Numbered from the stretch's first letter, positions 22,178 through 34,171 are shown. The stretch is DNA of 64,000 nucleotides from an uncultured Actinomycetes bacterium (GCA_963709345.1 CAVPVX010000011.1:224001-288000); one strand, 5' to 3'. Made by a program: numbers and translations. The notes: generated by a model from the letters alone, not told the origin.

Positions 22178-22738
22178 CTGTCACCTGACTACCTCATCAA
22201 CCCCGCTGCCCGTGAGCATCTCGAGGCGCTTCCGGCCATCGAGTTGCGCGCCGCGACCCGTTTCTCCGGGTATGACGTCCCGCCCAGCGTGTTCGCGGAG
22301 GCGACCCCGGCCGCGGTCTTTGCGACCGCGCAGGCCGAGGGCCACCTCTGGGTCGCACTCGCCTCGGTTGGCGAGTGCGTAGGCTTTGCGCTTGTCGCGC
22401 CCTCGGGTAGACGCCTCCATCTCGCGGAGCTCGACGTCCTGCCCGAACATGGTGGCCGCGGCATAGGCAGCGCGCTTGTGGGCGAGGTTGAGCGCTGGGC
22501 TAGTGAGGCTCGCTTCGCCGAGCTCACCCTGACGACCTACCGCGACGTGGCCTGGAACGCGCCCTTCTACGTGCGGCTGGGCTTTGCGATCGTCGAGTCG
22601 GCCGCACTCGACGCCGAGCTCACGGCGCGGTTGGCGGCTGAGGCCGAGCGGGGGCTGGACTCGATGCCACGCGTTGCCCTGCGCAAACCGGTGGGTCGTC
22701 CAAGAAGCGCATCGAGCAGACAGGCCCCGCAGGCATGA
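22178..22738 (+). CDS. GNAT N-acetyltransferase
   Basis: LHLAELDVLPEHGGRGIG and LTTYRDVAWNAPFY motifs. The frame is open back to a CTG at 22178 behind an AAGGA RBS, so the start codon is atypical or mutated. Confidence 0.85.
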   Translation: MSPDYLINPAAREHLEALPAIELRAATRFSGYDVPPSVFAEATPAAVFATAQAEGHLWVALASVGECVGFALVAPSGRRLHLAELDVLPEHGGRGIGSALVGEVERWASEARFAELTLTTYRDVAWNAPFYVRLGFAIVESAALDAELTARLAAEAERGLDSMPRVALRKPVGRPRSASSRQAPQA

Positions 22739-22789
22739 TGGCTTCGAAGCGACGGCGATGGTCTGCTTCTCATGTGCGACCCGTTCGAT
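22698..22789 (+). other. Degenerate integron attC-like site 2
   Basis: GTCCAAG-AA-GCGCAT(C)GAGCAG(A)CAGGCC...GGTCTGCTTCTCATGTGC-GACCC-GTTCGAT; the two bulges are at the same positions as in site 1. Confidence 0.62.
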
Positions 22790-22926
22790 GCACGGACGGA
22801 TGCGGACCGAAGCCCCGGTCCAGCCGGGTTGAACCCGCGCAGGGACGGCCTCGGGTCCGGGACCACGCGGTGCGACATCGTGTAACGGACTCGAAGACCT
22901 GGACACGACGGGGAGGAGAAACGGGC

Positions 22927-23325
22927 ATGAAGAAGAGCGAATCGGAGGACAGCAGGTCTCCCTCCCAGCTGATAGACGCGAGAATCGAGGAACTGGGCGA
23001 TTGGCGGGGCAAGATGCTCAGCCGGCTTCGCACCCTGGTCGCGGAAGCCGATCCCGAGGTCGTCGAGGAGTGGAAGTGGCGAGGGGTCCCGGTGTGGTCG
23101 CACGACGGAATGGTCTGTACGGGCGAGACCTACAAGAACGTGGTGAAGATGACCTTCGCCAAGGGGGCGGCTCTGAAGGATCCGTCGGGCCTGTTCAACT
23201 CCAGTCTCGACGGGAACACGAGGCGTGCCATCGACTTTCATGAGGGCGAGGAGATAGACGAGGAGGCGCTCAAGACTCTCGTTCGCGCCGCCGTGACCCT
23301 GAACAGGTCCACAACTCGAAGCTGA
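22927..23325 (+). CDS. DUF1801 domain protein
   Basis: [28 protein letters not shown] and [15 protein letters not shown] motifs. Confidence 0.88.
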   Translation: MKKSESEDSRSPSQLIDARIEELGDWRGKMLSRLRTLVAEADPEVVEEWKWRGVPVWSHDGMVCTGETYKNVVKMTFAKGAALKDPSGLFNSSLDGNTRRAIDFHEGEEIDEEALKTLVRAAVTLNRSTTRS

Positions 23326-23393
23326 CCCACGGAATGGGGATAGGGTGCGTGGCCCGCCATTCCGAGTAGGCAAGGATCGACGGTCGGAGGACC

Positions 23394-23746
23394 GTGACTT
23401 CCTGGGATCCGAGCCGTTACCTGCGTTTCGCGGACCAGCGCACTCGGCCGTCGGTCGATCTGACGGCACGCGTCGCGCCGGTCGCTCCGCGAAGGTGATC
23501 GACCTCGGCTGTGGCCCGGGCAACAGCACCATGGTGCTGCGAGATCGCTGGCCTGAAGCCGGCGTGATCGGCCTGGACAGCTCATCGATCGTCTGTTTGC
23601 GGCCGTTCCTCGAGGTCCTCGACCGGTCGGAGGCTGCGCGGTTCAAGAACCAACTCGTCGGTCGGGTCGAGGGGGCGTATCGGCGCCGCGTCGACGGGCG
23701 CGTGCTCTTCCCGTTCCGCCGGACCTTCGTCATCACCTGCAAGTAG
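23394..23746 (+). pseudogene. tam: Trans-aconitate 2-methyltransferase remnant (frameshift and large internal deletion)
   Basis: [20 protein letters not shown], then a frameshift, then [11 protein letters not shown]...GLDSS joined directly to the C-terminal LRPFL...LFPFRRTF. Confidence 0.8.
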
Positions 23747-23830
23747 GCGAGGGCTGCTTGCCTGGAGAAGCGAGGCAGCCTGCCTTCGTGCGATGGCGCC
23801 GGGCTCGCAAACCGCATACCCTACGGCTCG

Positions 23831-25318
23831 ATGAACGGCGACCCGCTGCATGATCTCGTTCTTCTCATCCGCTCTCGCTACGGGGCTTTGCTGATCGACA
23901 CGGCAGAAGAGGACCGCGCGGAGGCACTGGTGCAGCGCGCGGCAGAGCAGCTGCAGCTCGCGCTGTTCGTGTGGCGGCGCGCCTCGGGGCTCAAGCGGGT
24001 GGGCACGCTGACAGGCATCTACGGCACCCAGGACCCGCGCATGGCCCTCAGTCATGTCGTGAGCTCCGAGCTGCCGGCCCTGTACGTGTTCCACGGCCTC
24101 GGCCCCGACCTCGAGCGGCCTGAGGTGGCCGACCTTCTGCGCGAGGCGGCGCAGCGGCTGGTCGGCTTCTCGGGCGCCGTCGTGCTCTCCGGCGCCGGCG
24201 TCCACCTGCCCGAATCGCTGCGCACCGTGGTCGGCCCGGTGCGCGTGCCGGCCCCCACGCGCGAGGACTACCGGCGACTCCTGCGCCGCGTCGTCCACGA
24301 TGTCTCCACGCGGATGAAGGTCGACGATTCGCTGGCCCGGCAGGACGAAGACCGTCTGCTGGCCAATCTGCAGGGTCTGGCGCTCGCCGAGGCCGAGAAG
24401 CTGCTGACCCGGGCGATCGTCGAGGACGGTCGACTGTCCGCGGACGACCTCGCCCGCGTCGCCGCGGCCAAACGGGATCTGGTGGAGCGGGACGGCCTGC
24501 TGGAGTACTGCCCGGCTGCCGGATCCCTGGACGAGATCGCGGACCTCGTGCGGCTCAAGGAGTGGCTCGGAAAGCGACGGATGTTCATGGACGACCCGCA
24601 GCGGGCCACGCAGTTCGGCCTCGAGTTCCCGCGCGGCGTGCTGCTCGTGGGCGTGCCCGGATGCGGCAAGAGTCTCTGCGCCAAGGCGGTGGCCGCGGCG
24701 TGGGCGCTGCCGCTGGTGCGGCTCGACCCGGGCGCGCTGTACGACAAGTACGTGGGTGCGACCGAGCAGAACTTTCGCGAAGCGATGGGCTCCGCCGACC
24801 GGCTGGCGCCGCTGGTACTCTGGATCGACGAGATCGAGAAGGCGTTCGCAGCCGGCGGGGAGGAGGACAGCGGCACCTCCCAGCGCGTGCTCGGGACGTT
24901 CCTCTCGTGGCTGCAGGAGCGCAGAGGCGACGTGTTCGTGGTCGCGACGGCCAACGACGTTCAGCGGCTGCCGCCTGAGCTACTGCGCAAGGGCCGCTTC
25001 GACGAGACGTTCTTTGTGGATCTGCCCGACGAGGCGGCGAGGGCGATCATCTTCGCGATCCACCTGCGCAAGCGTAAGCAGGCGGTCGAGGGCTTTGACC
25101 TGCCCGTGCTGGCGCGCGAGAGCGAGGGCTACAGCGGCGCGGAGCTGGAGCAGGTCGTCGTCTCCGGTCTGTACACCGCGTTCGCGACGGACGCGCCGCT
25201 GACGGACCGTCTGCTGCTCGATGAGCTGCGACAGATGCCGCCGATCGTCTCGACCGCCCGCGAGAAGATCGCGGCGCTGCGCGCGTGGGCCGAAGGCCGG
25301 ACTGTCTCGGCCAACTGA
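23831..25318 (+). CDS. AAA+ ATPase, Ycf46-like
   Basis: GVPGCGKS Walker A, LWIDEIEK Walker B and PPELLRKGRFDE. Confidence 0.88.
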   Translation: MNGDPLHDLVLLIRSRYGALLIDTAEEDRAEALVQRAAEQLQLALFVWRRASGLKRVGTLTGIYGTQDPRMALSHVVSSELPALYVFHGLGPDLERPEVADLLREAAQRLVGFSGAVVLSGAGVHLPESLRTVVGPVRVPAPTREDYRRLLRRVVHDVSTRMKVDDSLARQDEDRLLANLQGLALAEAEKLLTRAIVEDGRLSADDLARVAAAKRDLVERDGLLEYCPAAGSLDEIADLVRLKEWLGKRRMFMDDPQRATQFGLEFPRGVLLVGVPGCGKSLCAKAVAAAWALPLVRLDPGALYDKYVGATEQNFREAMGSADRLAPLVLWIDEIEKAFAAGGEEDSGTSQRVLGTFLSWLQERRGDVFVVATANDVQRLPPELLRKGRFDETFFVDLPDEAARAIIFAIHLRKRKQAVEGFDLPVLARESEGYSGAELEQVVVSGLYTAFATDAPLTDRLLLDELRQMPPIVSTAREKIAALRAWAEGRTVSAN

Positions 25319-25381
25319 CGGCGCGGGCGGACCGGTCGCTCGCGAGTCAAGCGCCGAATCAGGCAGTGGGGCGATGGACTC

Positions 25382-25570
25382 CTACAGGCTGGCCGACTGC
25401 TCGGCTCGGGGCGCCCAGTCCGGCAGGTCCCCGCCGGCCTGCTGCGTTCCCGCTCCGGAGGCCGGAGGCCGGTTCACCTGATCGCCGCCCGCCGAGGCGG
25501 CCGCCGGCGCCGCCAGGAAGACCGAAAGCATCGCTGTCAGCACCACTGCAGTCAGTTTGTTCCGAGTCAT
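25382..25570 (-). CDS. Small putative secreted protein (62 aa)
   Basis: GAAGGGAG RBS; MTRNKLTAVVLTAMLSVFLAAPAAASA looks like a signal peptide. Confidence 0.5.
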   Translation of the reverse strand: MTRNKLTAVVLTAMLSVFLAAPAAASAGGDQVNRPPASGAGTQQAGGDLPDWAPRAEQSASL

Positions 25571-25858
25571 CTTCGAGCTCCCTTCGTCCATCGGTTCATG
25601 TGTCTGTATCGGCAGACCGTCCGGGGGCGTTAGTCCTGTGCAGTGGTCGGGCGCCGAGTCGGATCGCATCCAGCGATGTGGCAGGCGTTGAACACTCTCG
25701 CTACAGTGAGCACCACGAGCGCAGCCTGGAGTCTTGCCCGCAGCCCCTGTCTCGCCTGGGTAGACTCAGCCTTGCGCCGGTGGGCCGAGCCTCGCGCCTT
25801 CCGGCCGGGGTTGTGTGGCATCGAGCAGCGTACCCGCCGACCGAAAGGAAGTGGCGTC

Positions 25859-26185
25859 ATGGCCGTGGATGCGGAGTTCGTCGAGTATGTCTCTGAGCAG
25901 ATGAGCGATGCCGGCCAGATCACCTCCCGGATGATGTTCGGCGGTTGTGCCATCTACTGCGACGGCAAGGTGGTCGCGCTGGTCGGGGACGACCGTCTCT
26001 ACGTGAAGCAGACGCCGGGTGGGAGAGCGTTTGTCGGCGATGCCGCGGAAGAGCCGCCGTATGAAGGCGCGAAGCCCCACTTCCTGATCGAAGAGAAGCT
26101 TGACGACCGCCACTGGCTTTCAGCCCTCATACGGATCACCGCGAGTGAGCTGCCTCAGCCCGAGCCGAAGAAACGGAAGCAGTAG
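25859..26185 (+). CDS. TfoX/Sxy N-terminal domain protein
   Basis: ITSRMMFGG, IYCDGKVVALV and PPYEGAKP motifs; GAAAGGAAG RBS. Confidence 0.88.
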   Translation: MAVDAEFVEYVSEQMSDAGQITSRMMFGGCAIYCDGKVVALVGDDRLYVKQTPGGRAFVGDAAEEPPYEGAKPHFLIEEKLDDRHWLSALIRITASELPQPEPKKRKQ

Positions 26186-26225
26186 CCGATGGCCGTCCCC
26201 GGGGCCGAGTGCGCAAGGACGCACG

Positions 26226-27311
26226 GTGACTGACACGCATGGGCTGGAGGCCTTCGGCTACTCTCCGCGCTGGGAAGCGCTCTTTGAGCCCTACTCGGCC
26301 CTGGGTGTGACGCCGGCGCGGGTGATCCGCAGCGACCGCGGCAGCGCGCTCGTCGCCACACCGGACGGGACGGTGCGCGCCAAGCCGTCCGCTCGTCTGG
26401 TGAAGACCGCCAAGGGCGCCGGCGACCTGCCCGCCGTAGGCGACTGGGTGGCGGTGCTGGCCGGGGACGACTTCGACGTGCCTCTGATCGAGGCGGTGCT
26501 CCATCGCGCGAGCGCTATCACACGCGGCGACCCCGGCGGGAGCTCTGATCTGCAGGTGCTCGCCGCCAACGTCGACACGGTGTTCGTCGTGCACCCGATC
26601 GCCGAGTGGCCCAACCTCCGCCGCCTCGAGCGCGAGCTCTCGCTGGCGTGGGAGTCCGGCGCCGCCCCGGTCGTGGTCCTCACCAAGGCGGATCTATCGC
26701 CCGACCCGGACGCGGCGCGTGCGGCGGTGGAACCTGTCGCGCTTGGTGTAGACGTTCTCTCGACCAACGCACTCGCCGGTGACGGCGTGGAGCCGCTGGC
26801 CGGCTACATCTCTGGTCACCGCACCGCGGTGCTGATCGGTGCGTCCGGTGCCGGCAAGTCCACGCTCGTCAACGCACTGCTCGGCGAGGAGCGCCAAGCC
26901 ACTCGTGAGGTTCGCGAGAGCGACGGGCGTGGGCGCCACACGACCGTGACCCGCGAGCTGATCCCTATGGCGGGTGGCGGCGTGCTCATCGACACGCCCG
27001 GGCTGCGTTCGCTGGGCCTCACCGGGTCGGAAGCGGGGATTGCCTCGGCGTTCCCGGACATCGACGACCTGGCTCTGTCGTGCCGCTTCCGCGACTGCAC
27101 GCATCGCAAGGAGCCGGGGTGTGCGGTCGTGGCCGCTGTGGAGTCGGGAGCGCTGCCGTCGGAGCGCCTGGCGAGCTACCACAAGCTCATCCGCGAAGCC
27201 CAGGTCGCGGCCATGAAGACGGATCATCGCCTGCGTTCAGAAGAGGTCCGCAAGTGGAAGATCATCCACAAGTCGGTCAAGGGCCTGGACAAGCGGACCG
27301 GTCGCGGGTGA
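26226..27311 (+). CDS. rsgA: Ribosome small subunit-dependent GTPase A
   Basis: VGDWV, AANVD, TKAD, GASGAGKSTL, GRHTT and DTPG motifs, plus CRFRDCTH..EPGC Zn site. Confidence 0.93.
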   Translation: MTDTHGLEAFGYSPRWEALFEPYSALGVTPARVIRSDRGSALVATPDGTVRAKPSARLVKTAKGAGDLPAVGDWVAVLAGDDFDVPLIEAVLHRASAITRGDPGGSSDLQVLAANVDTVFVVHPIAEWPNLRRLERELSLAWESGAAPVVVLTKADLSPDPDAARAAVEPVALGVDVLSTNALAGDGVEPLAGYISGHRTAVLIGASGAGKSTLVNALLGEERQATREVRESDGRGRHTTVTRELIPMAGGGVLIDTPGLRSLGLTGSEAGIASAFPDIDDLALSCRFRDCTHRKEPGCAVVAAVESGALPSERLASYHKLIREAQVAAMKTDHRLRSEEVRKWKIIHKSVKGLDKRTGRG

Positions 27312-27326
27312 TGGGAGCCTGGGCGG

Positions 27327-27953
27327 ATGGCGGGCACAGGGAGCGATCTCTACAGCAAGTACCACAGCTCGAGGCAGGACGAGCGCCTCGGGCTCTTTCG
27401 CGGTCTTGTCGAGCGGTACGGCGTCTCGTCGGCGCTCTATCCCGGTTGCTTCGTCCACGTCACGCCGTCGTTCGTGATCCCCAGAGTCGTGTACATGGAC
27501 ACGGACGCCCGCGCCGCACGCTTCTTCAGCGGGCCGGCTGCGCTCGGTCTCGTGTGCAGTGAGCGCGAATATGCGGCGGATCCCCAAGTGACGTTCCATC
27601 GCGGCGACTACACGGCGCCCATCGCCGAGGACGACGAGGCCTTCGACCTGCTCATCTCGCAGTATGCGGGCTTCGTCTCCCGAGCCTGCAAGCGCCACCT
27701 GCTCGTCGGCGGTCACCTGGTCGCGAACAACAGCCACGGCGATGCCAGCATGGCGGCGCTGGACCCGGACTTCGACCTCGTCGCCGTGTACGGCCGCAGA
27801 GGTGAGACGTTCACGTTCACGTCCGACGAGCTGGAGACGTACATGCGACCCAAGCGCGGCGTGGCGCCCAGTCAGGCCGATCTGGAACGCACGAGGACCG
27901 GCCCCGCCTTCACTCGCGCGGCGGCGGGCTACGTGTTCCGGCGGACCGGGTGA
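27327..27953 (+). CDS. Hypothetical protein, class I SAM-methyltransferase-like
   Basis: LYPGC..H, YMDTD, FDLLISQYAG and GGHLVANNSHGDA motifs. Confidence 0.6.
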   Translation: MAGTGSDLYSKYHSSRQDERLGLFRGLVERYGVSSALYPGCFVHVTPSFVIPRVVYMDTDARAARFFSGPAALGLVCSEREYAADPQVTFHRGDYTAPIAEDDEAFDLLISQYAGFVSRACKRHLLVGGHLVANNSHGDASMAALDPDFDLVAVYGRRGETFTFTSDELETYMRPKRGVAPSQADLERTRTGPAFTRAAAGYVFRRTG

Positions 27954-28024
27954 GTGATCCACACGTCCGTGCGCAGGTACGGTCGTGTCGCAGGCGGCGG
28001 ACCAGCGAAAGGCAGGTCGAAGCG

Positions 28025-28384
28025 ATGGCGAAGAGACAGGTGGCCGCGTCCGTGGATGAGTACATCGCGGCGTTTCCCGAGGAGACTCGCGGGGTCCTGG
28101 AGGAGCTCCGGGCGCTCATCAGCGCCGCGGCACCCGGCGCGACGGAGAAGATGAGCTACGCGATCCCGACGTACTACCTGAACGGGAACCTGGTGCATTT
28201 TGCAGGCTACGAGAAGCACATGGGGTTCTACCCGGGCGCGAACGGGATCAGAGTATTCAAAGCCGAGCTGACGCCCTACAAGAGCGGCAAAGGGTCGATT
28301 CAGTTTCCCCTGGACGAGCCGTTGCCGGCGGACCTGATCCGCCGGATCGTCGAGTTCCGCGTAGCGGAGAACACGGCGGGCTGA
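28025..28384 (+). CDS. DUF1801 (YdhG-like) domain protein
   Basis: [23 protein letters not shown] and [13 protein letters not shown] motifs. Confidence 0.88.
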   Translation: MAKRQVAASVDEYIAAFPEETRGVLEELRALISAAAPGATEKMSYAIPTYYLNGNLVHFAGYEKHMGFYPGANGIRVFKAELTPYKSGKGSIQFPLDEPLPADLIRRIVEFRVAENTAG

Positions 28385-28464
28385 GGCGCGTCGCGCAAGC
28401 CGCCGCCGCGTCCCGTACACTTGGCAGTACGTCAGAACACCACCCACGGGTCGAGAGGTCACGG

Positions 28465-29697
<1,233 letters not shown>

Positions 29698-29714
29698 GCG
29701 CCGGGACCCGCACG

Positions 29715-30716
29715 ATGACGCACGCAGGCCTTGGGGAAGGCGCACGAGGCGGCCGCCCGGCGCGCTACCGCGACGCGTTGCCGCAGCTGGGCGGTGAGCT
29801 CTTCCTCGCGGACGGCGGCATCGAGACGAGCATCATCGTACACGAGGGGCTGGAGCTCACGGACTTCGCGGTGTTCCCGCTGCTCGGCAGCCCCGAGGGG
29901 GAGGCGGCGCTGCGTCGCTACTACCGTCTCTATGCGGCGATCGCGCGGGCCCACGGCGTGGGGCTCGTACTCGAGAGCGCGACGTGGCGCGCGAGCCCCC
30001 GGTGGGGCGCCCGGCTGGGCTTCACCGCGGTGATGCTCGAGGAGAGCGATCGCAGGGCGATCCGCCTGCTCGAGGCCATGCGCGAGGAGTTCGAGGGCGG
30101 GCCGACGCGCATCGTCATCAGCGGTTGCGTCGGTCCGCGGTGCGACGGCTACGACCCCGCGGACGCGCCGTCCGAGGACGAGGCGGAGGCGTATCACGCC
30201 GCGCAGATCGCGGCGTTCGCCGGCACCTCCGCGGACATGGTCGCCGCTCTCACGCTGACGAGTATCGCGGAGGCCACAGGCATCGCGCGGGCGGCCGCGC
30301 GGGCCGGCATGCCGGTCGCGATATCATTCACCGTCGAGACCGACGGCCGGCTCGCGTCGGGCCAGAGCCTGGGGCAGGCGATCGAGGCAGTCGACGAGGC
30401 CACGTCGGCGTATCCGTCGTACTACATGGTCAACTGCGCCCACCCGGCGCACTTCCGCGACGTGCTCACCGCCGGCGGGCCCTGGGCTGCGAGGATCCGC
30501 GGCTTGCGCGCGAACGCCTCGCGCCTGAGCCACGCCGAGCTGGACGAGCTGCCGACGCCGGATGCCGGCGAGCCTGAGGAGCTGGGGCGCGAGTACGCGG
30601 CGCTTAAGCGGCGGCTGCCGCAGCTGAGCGTGCTCGGCGGGTGCTGCGGTACCGACCACCGGCACATCGACCACGTTGCGACGGCCTGCGGGCCGCTCTT
30701 CCCACATGGCTCGTGA
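29715..30716 (+). CDS. Homocysteine S-methyltransferase family protein
   Basis: LADGGIET, YMVNCAHP and GGCCGTD Zn ligands. Confidence 0.9.
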   Translation: MTHAGLGEGARGGRPARYRDALPQLGGELFLADGGIETSIIVHEGLELTDFAVFPLLGSPEGEAALRRYYRLYAAIARAHGVGLVLESATWRASPRWGARLGFTAVMLEESDRRAIRLLEAMREEFEGGPTRIVISGCVGPRCDGYDPADAPSEDEAEAYHAAQIAAFAGTSADMVAALTLTSIAEATGIARAAARAGMPVAISFTVETDGRLASGQSLGQAIEAVDEATSAYPSYYMVNCAHPAHFRDVLTAGGPWAARIRGLRANASRLSHAELDELPTPDAGEPEELGREYAALKRRLPQLSVLGGCCGTDHRHIDHVATACGPLFPHGS

Positions 30717-30738
30717 CAGGCGAGGCACCGGCGGCGGC

Positions 30739-31194
30739 ATGACGAGGGGGCTCGCGGTCGCGGCGCTCATCGTGGCGACGGGCCTGGTCGCGCCGGGCTG
30801 CGCCTCGTCCGGTGGTGGGGCGGCGCCCGGCAGCGGCGACGAGACGCCGGTCGGCGCGGACGGCGACGCGATCCTGACGCAGGCGTTCGCGGACCGCGCC
30901 GCCGACCTCCAGGTCGAGGGCCGGGGGACGGTGGTGAGGATCCTTGCCGACGATACCGACGGCAGCCGGCACCAGCGTTTCATCCTGGGTCTTGCCTCCG
31001 GCCAGACGCTGCTCGTCGCGCACAACATCGATGTCGCCGCGCGGGTCGAGGGCCTGGACGTCGGTGACCGCGTCGCGTTCAGAGGGGTCTACGAGTGGAG
31101 CGCCGAGGGAGGCATCATCCACTGGACGCACCACGATCCGGGTGGGGAGCACGCTCCCGGGTGGCTCCGGCACGCGGGAACGACCTACGAGTAG
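30739..31194 (+). CDS. DUF3465 domain lipoprotein
   Basis: Lipobox-like APGC; [16 protein letters not shown] and IHWTHHDP motifs. Confidence 0.85.
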   Translation: MTRGLAVAALIVATGLVAPGCASSGGGAAPGSGDETPVGADGDAILTQAFADRAADLQVEGRGTVVRILADDTDGSRHQRFILGLASGQTLLVAHNIDVAARVEGLDVGDRVAFRGVYEWSAEGGIIHWTHHDPGGEHAPGWLRHAGTTYE

Positions 31195-31336
31195 ACGGGC
31201 GCTCCCGGCTGCGGGTCGACGCCGAAGGGCGCGGCCTGCCCGGCAGTCTGCGTTGCCGCGTCCGGCGCGAGGCGGTAGCATCAAGCGTTCCCAGTGCACC
31301 CCGGCCCGCGGGGCCGTCCAGAGGAGGAGAGACCAC

Positions 31337-32341
<1,005 letters not shown>

Positions 32342-32381
32342 CGCCGTCACCAGACGACTGTCTGCCCGGGGGGTACGTGAG

Positions 32382-33980
32382 ATGAGCACCAACATGAGGG
32401 TCCTGGCCCAGGGCGACCTCGCGCCCGAGTGCCTCGCGTACCTTGAGGGCGAGGGCCTGCGGGTGGAGGTCGTCGCATCCGGAGACGACGAAGCGCTTCT
32501 GCCGGCGATCGCGGGCTGCGACGCGCTCATCGCCGCCCCGGGCAACGCCGTCGGCGCCGCTGCCCTGCGCGCCGGACGGCTGCTGCGGGTCGTCGGCCGG
32601 CCCGGAGCCGGCGTCGACGACATCGACGTCGCCGAGGCGACCAGGCAGGGCGTCCTCGTCGTCCATACCCCGCAGAGCAACGTGGTCTCCGAGGCGGAAC
32701 AGGCGCTGGCGATGCTGCTCGCCTGCGCCTGCGACCTCGCGCGCACGGACGCCGACGTCAGGGCTGGCCGCTGGCAGAAGGGCCGCTGGGCCGACTCCGG
32801 CGTCGAGGTGTGCGGCAAGACGCTCGGGCTCATCGGCCATGCGGAGAGCTCGGCGCTGCTCGCCGAGGCCGCGGGAGCGCTCGGCATGCGCGTCCTCGCC
32901 TGCGACCCGCGCGCGTCCGCCGACGCGTTCCAAGGTTCGGCGTTGGCGCGAGACGACCCGGAGCGCGTCTATCGCGAATCCGACTTCGTGCTCGTGCAAC
33001 TGCCCGCCGGCGCCGAGACCGAAGGCGTCGTCGGCGCCGGCGAGTTCGCGCTCATGAAGGCCGGCGTGCGGCTCGTCACCCTGTCCGGCCCCGGAGTCGT
33101 CGACCGGGCGGTATTGCTCGGAGCGCTCGAGAGCGGCAGGGTCGCTTCCGCCGCGCTCGAGGTCTCCGCCGCCGACCTCCAGCCAGGGGACGCTCTGCTC
33201 GCCGCCGACAACGTCCTCTTCACGGCGCACCTCGAGGCGTCGACGGTGGACGCTCGGCGGCGCGCCGAGATGACGGTCGCCGAGCAGGTCGTCGCCGTCC
33301 TGCGCGGCGCCTTCCCCAGCGGCGCCGTCAACGTCCCCGTCGGCGCCGGCGACGACGCCGGCGAACTGATGCCGTACCTGGACCTTTGCACGCAGTTGGG
33401 GCGACTGGCCGTTCAGCTCGCCGATGCTCCCGTGGACGCCGTTACAATCGCATACGGAGGCAGCGTCGCCTACTTCGACACCCGGCTGCTCACGCTCGGC
33501 GTCCTCGCCGGCGTCCTCGCCGGCCGCGTCGACGGGCCCGTCAACTTCGTGAACGCCCAGGGGCTCGCCGAGGAGTGCGGCGTGAGCGCGACGGAGGAGC
33601 GGCAGTCCGACGTCCCCGACTTCCCCCGGCTGATCACGGTCGCCACCGCAGGGCCGAAGGGCGGCGTGTCGGTCGCCGGCACCTCGCTCGGCCGCGAGCA
33701 CAAGCCGCGGCTCGTCCGGGTCTTCGGCGAGGACGTCGACATCGCGCCGGCGCCGCTCATGGCCTTCCTCCGATACGTCGACGCACCCGGCGTCGGCGGC
33801 AAGCTCGGAACGCTGCTCGGCGAGTGGGGCGTCAACATCGGTCACATGTCGGTCGGGCGCGGGAGGCTCGGCAACGAGGCCGTCATGGCGCTCACCCTCG
33901 ACTCACCGCTGTCGCCGGCCCAGATCGACGCCCTGATCGCCGGGTGCGGGTTGGAGTACGCCAGGGCGGTACGGCTGTAG
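32382..33980 (+). CDS. Phosphoglycerate dehydrogenase-like paralogue with degenerate catalytic motifs
   Basis: Colinear with serA at 35637 (532 vs 533 aa) but lacks GxGxxG and the catalytic Arg and Glu; the ACT domain is kept. Confidence 0.85.
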   Translation: MSTNMRVLAQGDLAPECLAYLEGEGLRVEVVASGDDEALLPAIAGCDALIAAPGNAVGAAALRAGRLLRVVGRPGAGVDDIDVAEATRQGVLVVHTPQSNVVSEAEQALAMLLACACDLARTDADVRAGRWQKGRWADSGVEVCGKTLGLIGHAESSALLAEAAGALGMRVLACDPRASADAFQGSALARDDPERVYRESDFVLVQLPAGAETEGVVGAGEFALMKAGVRLVTLSGPGVVDRAVLLGALESGRVASAALEVSAADLQPGDALLAADNVLFTAHLEASTVDARRRAEMTVAEQVVAVLRGAFPSGAVNVPVGAGDDAGELMPYLDLCTQLGRLAVQLADAPVDAVTIAYGGSVAYFDTRLLTLGVLAGVLAGRVDGPVNFVNAQGLAEECGVSATEERQSDVPDFPRLITVATAGPKGGVSVAGTSLGREHKPRLVRVFGEDVDIAPAPLMAFLRYVDAPGVGGKLGTLLGEWGVNIGHMSVGRGRLGNEAVMALTLDSPLSPAQIDALIAGCGLEYARAVRL

Positions 33981-34058
33981 CGTGACCGCGTGGGCCGCCG
34001 CCCGCCGGCGCCGGCGGGCGCGCGGATGTGCCGCCGGTCCTCGAGCTGCTTGTGCATC

Positions 34059-34088
34059 TGGACACAAGCGGTGCGCATACGCTATGCT
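34059..34088 (+). promoter_or_regulatory. Putative sigma-70 promoter
   Basis: TGGACA-N18-TATGCT; the inverted repeat GCTTGTG/CACAAGC straddles the -35. Confidence 0.5.
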
Positions 34089-34094
34089 TTTGCC

Positions 34095-34124
34095 ATGCAG
34101 GACTCGACTCATCGCCCGTCGTGA
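34095..34124 (+). CDS. Putative leaderless uORF MQDSTHRPS
   Basis: ATG sits 6 nt after the -10; the stop codon abuts a 22-bp hairpin. Confidence 0.35.
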   Translation: MQDSTHRPS

Positions 34125-34171
34125 CGGCTGGAGCGGGAGGGGCGGCACGGCCGCCCCTCCCGCTCCAGCCG
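34125..34171. terminator. Perfect 22-bp hairpin
   Basis: CGGCTGGAGCGGGAGGGGCGGC-ACG-GCCGCCCCTCCCGCTCCAGCCG; no U-tract. Confidence 0.6.

Noticed and set aside
23326-28464. Further attC sites after DUF1801, tam, AAA ATPase, tfoX and later genes
   Set aside because: Only simple hairpins or isolated fragments are present (e.g. GCATCGAGCAG near 25818), without the paired R/L box architecture.
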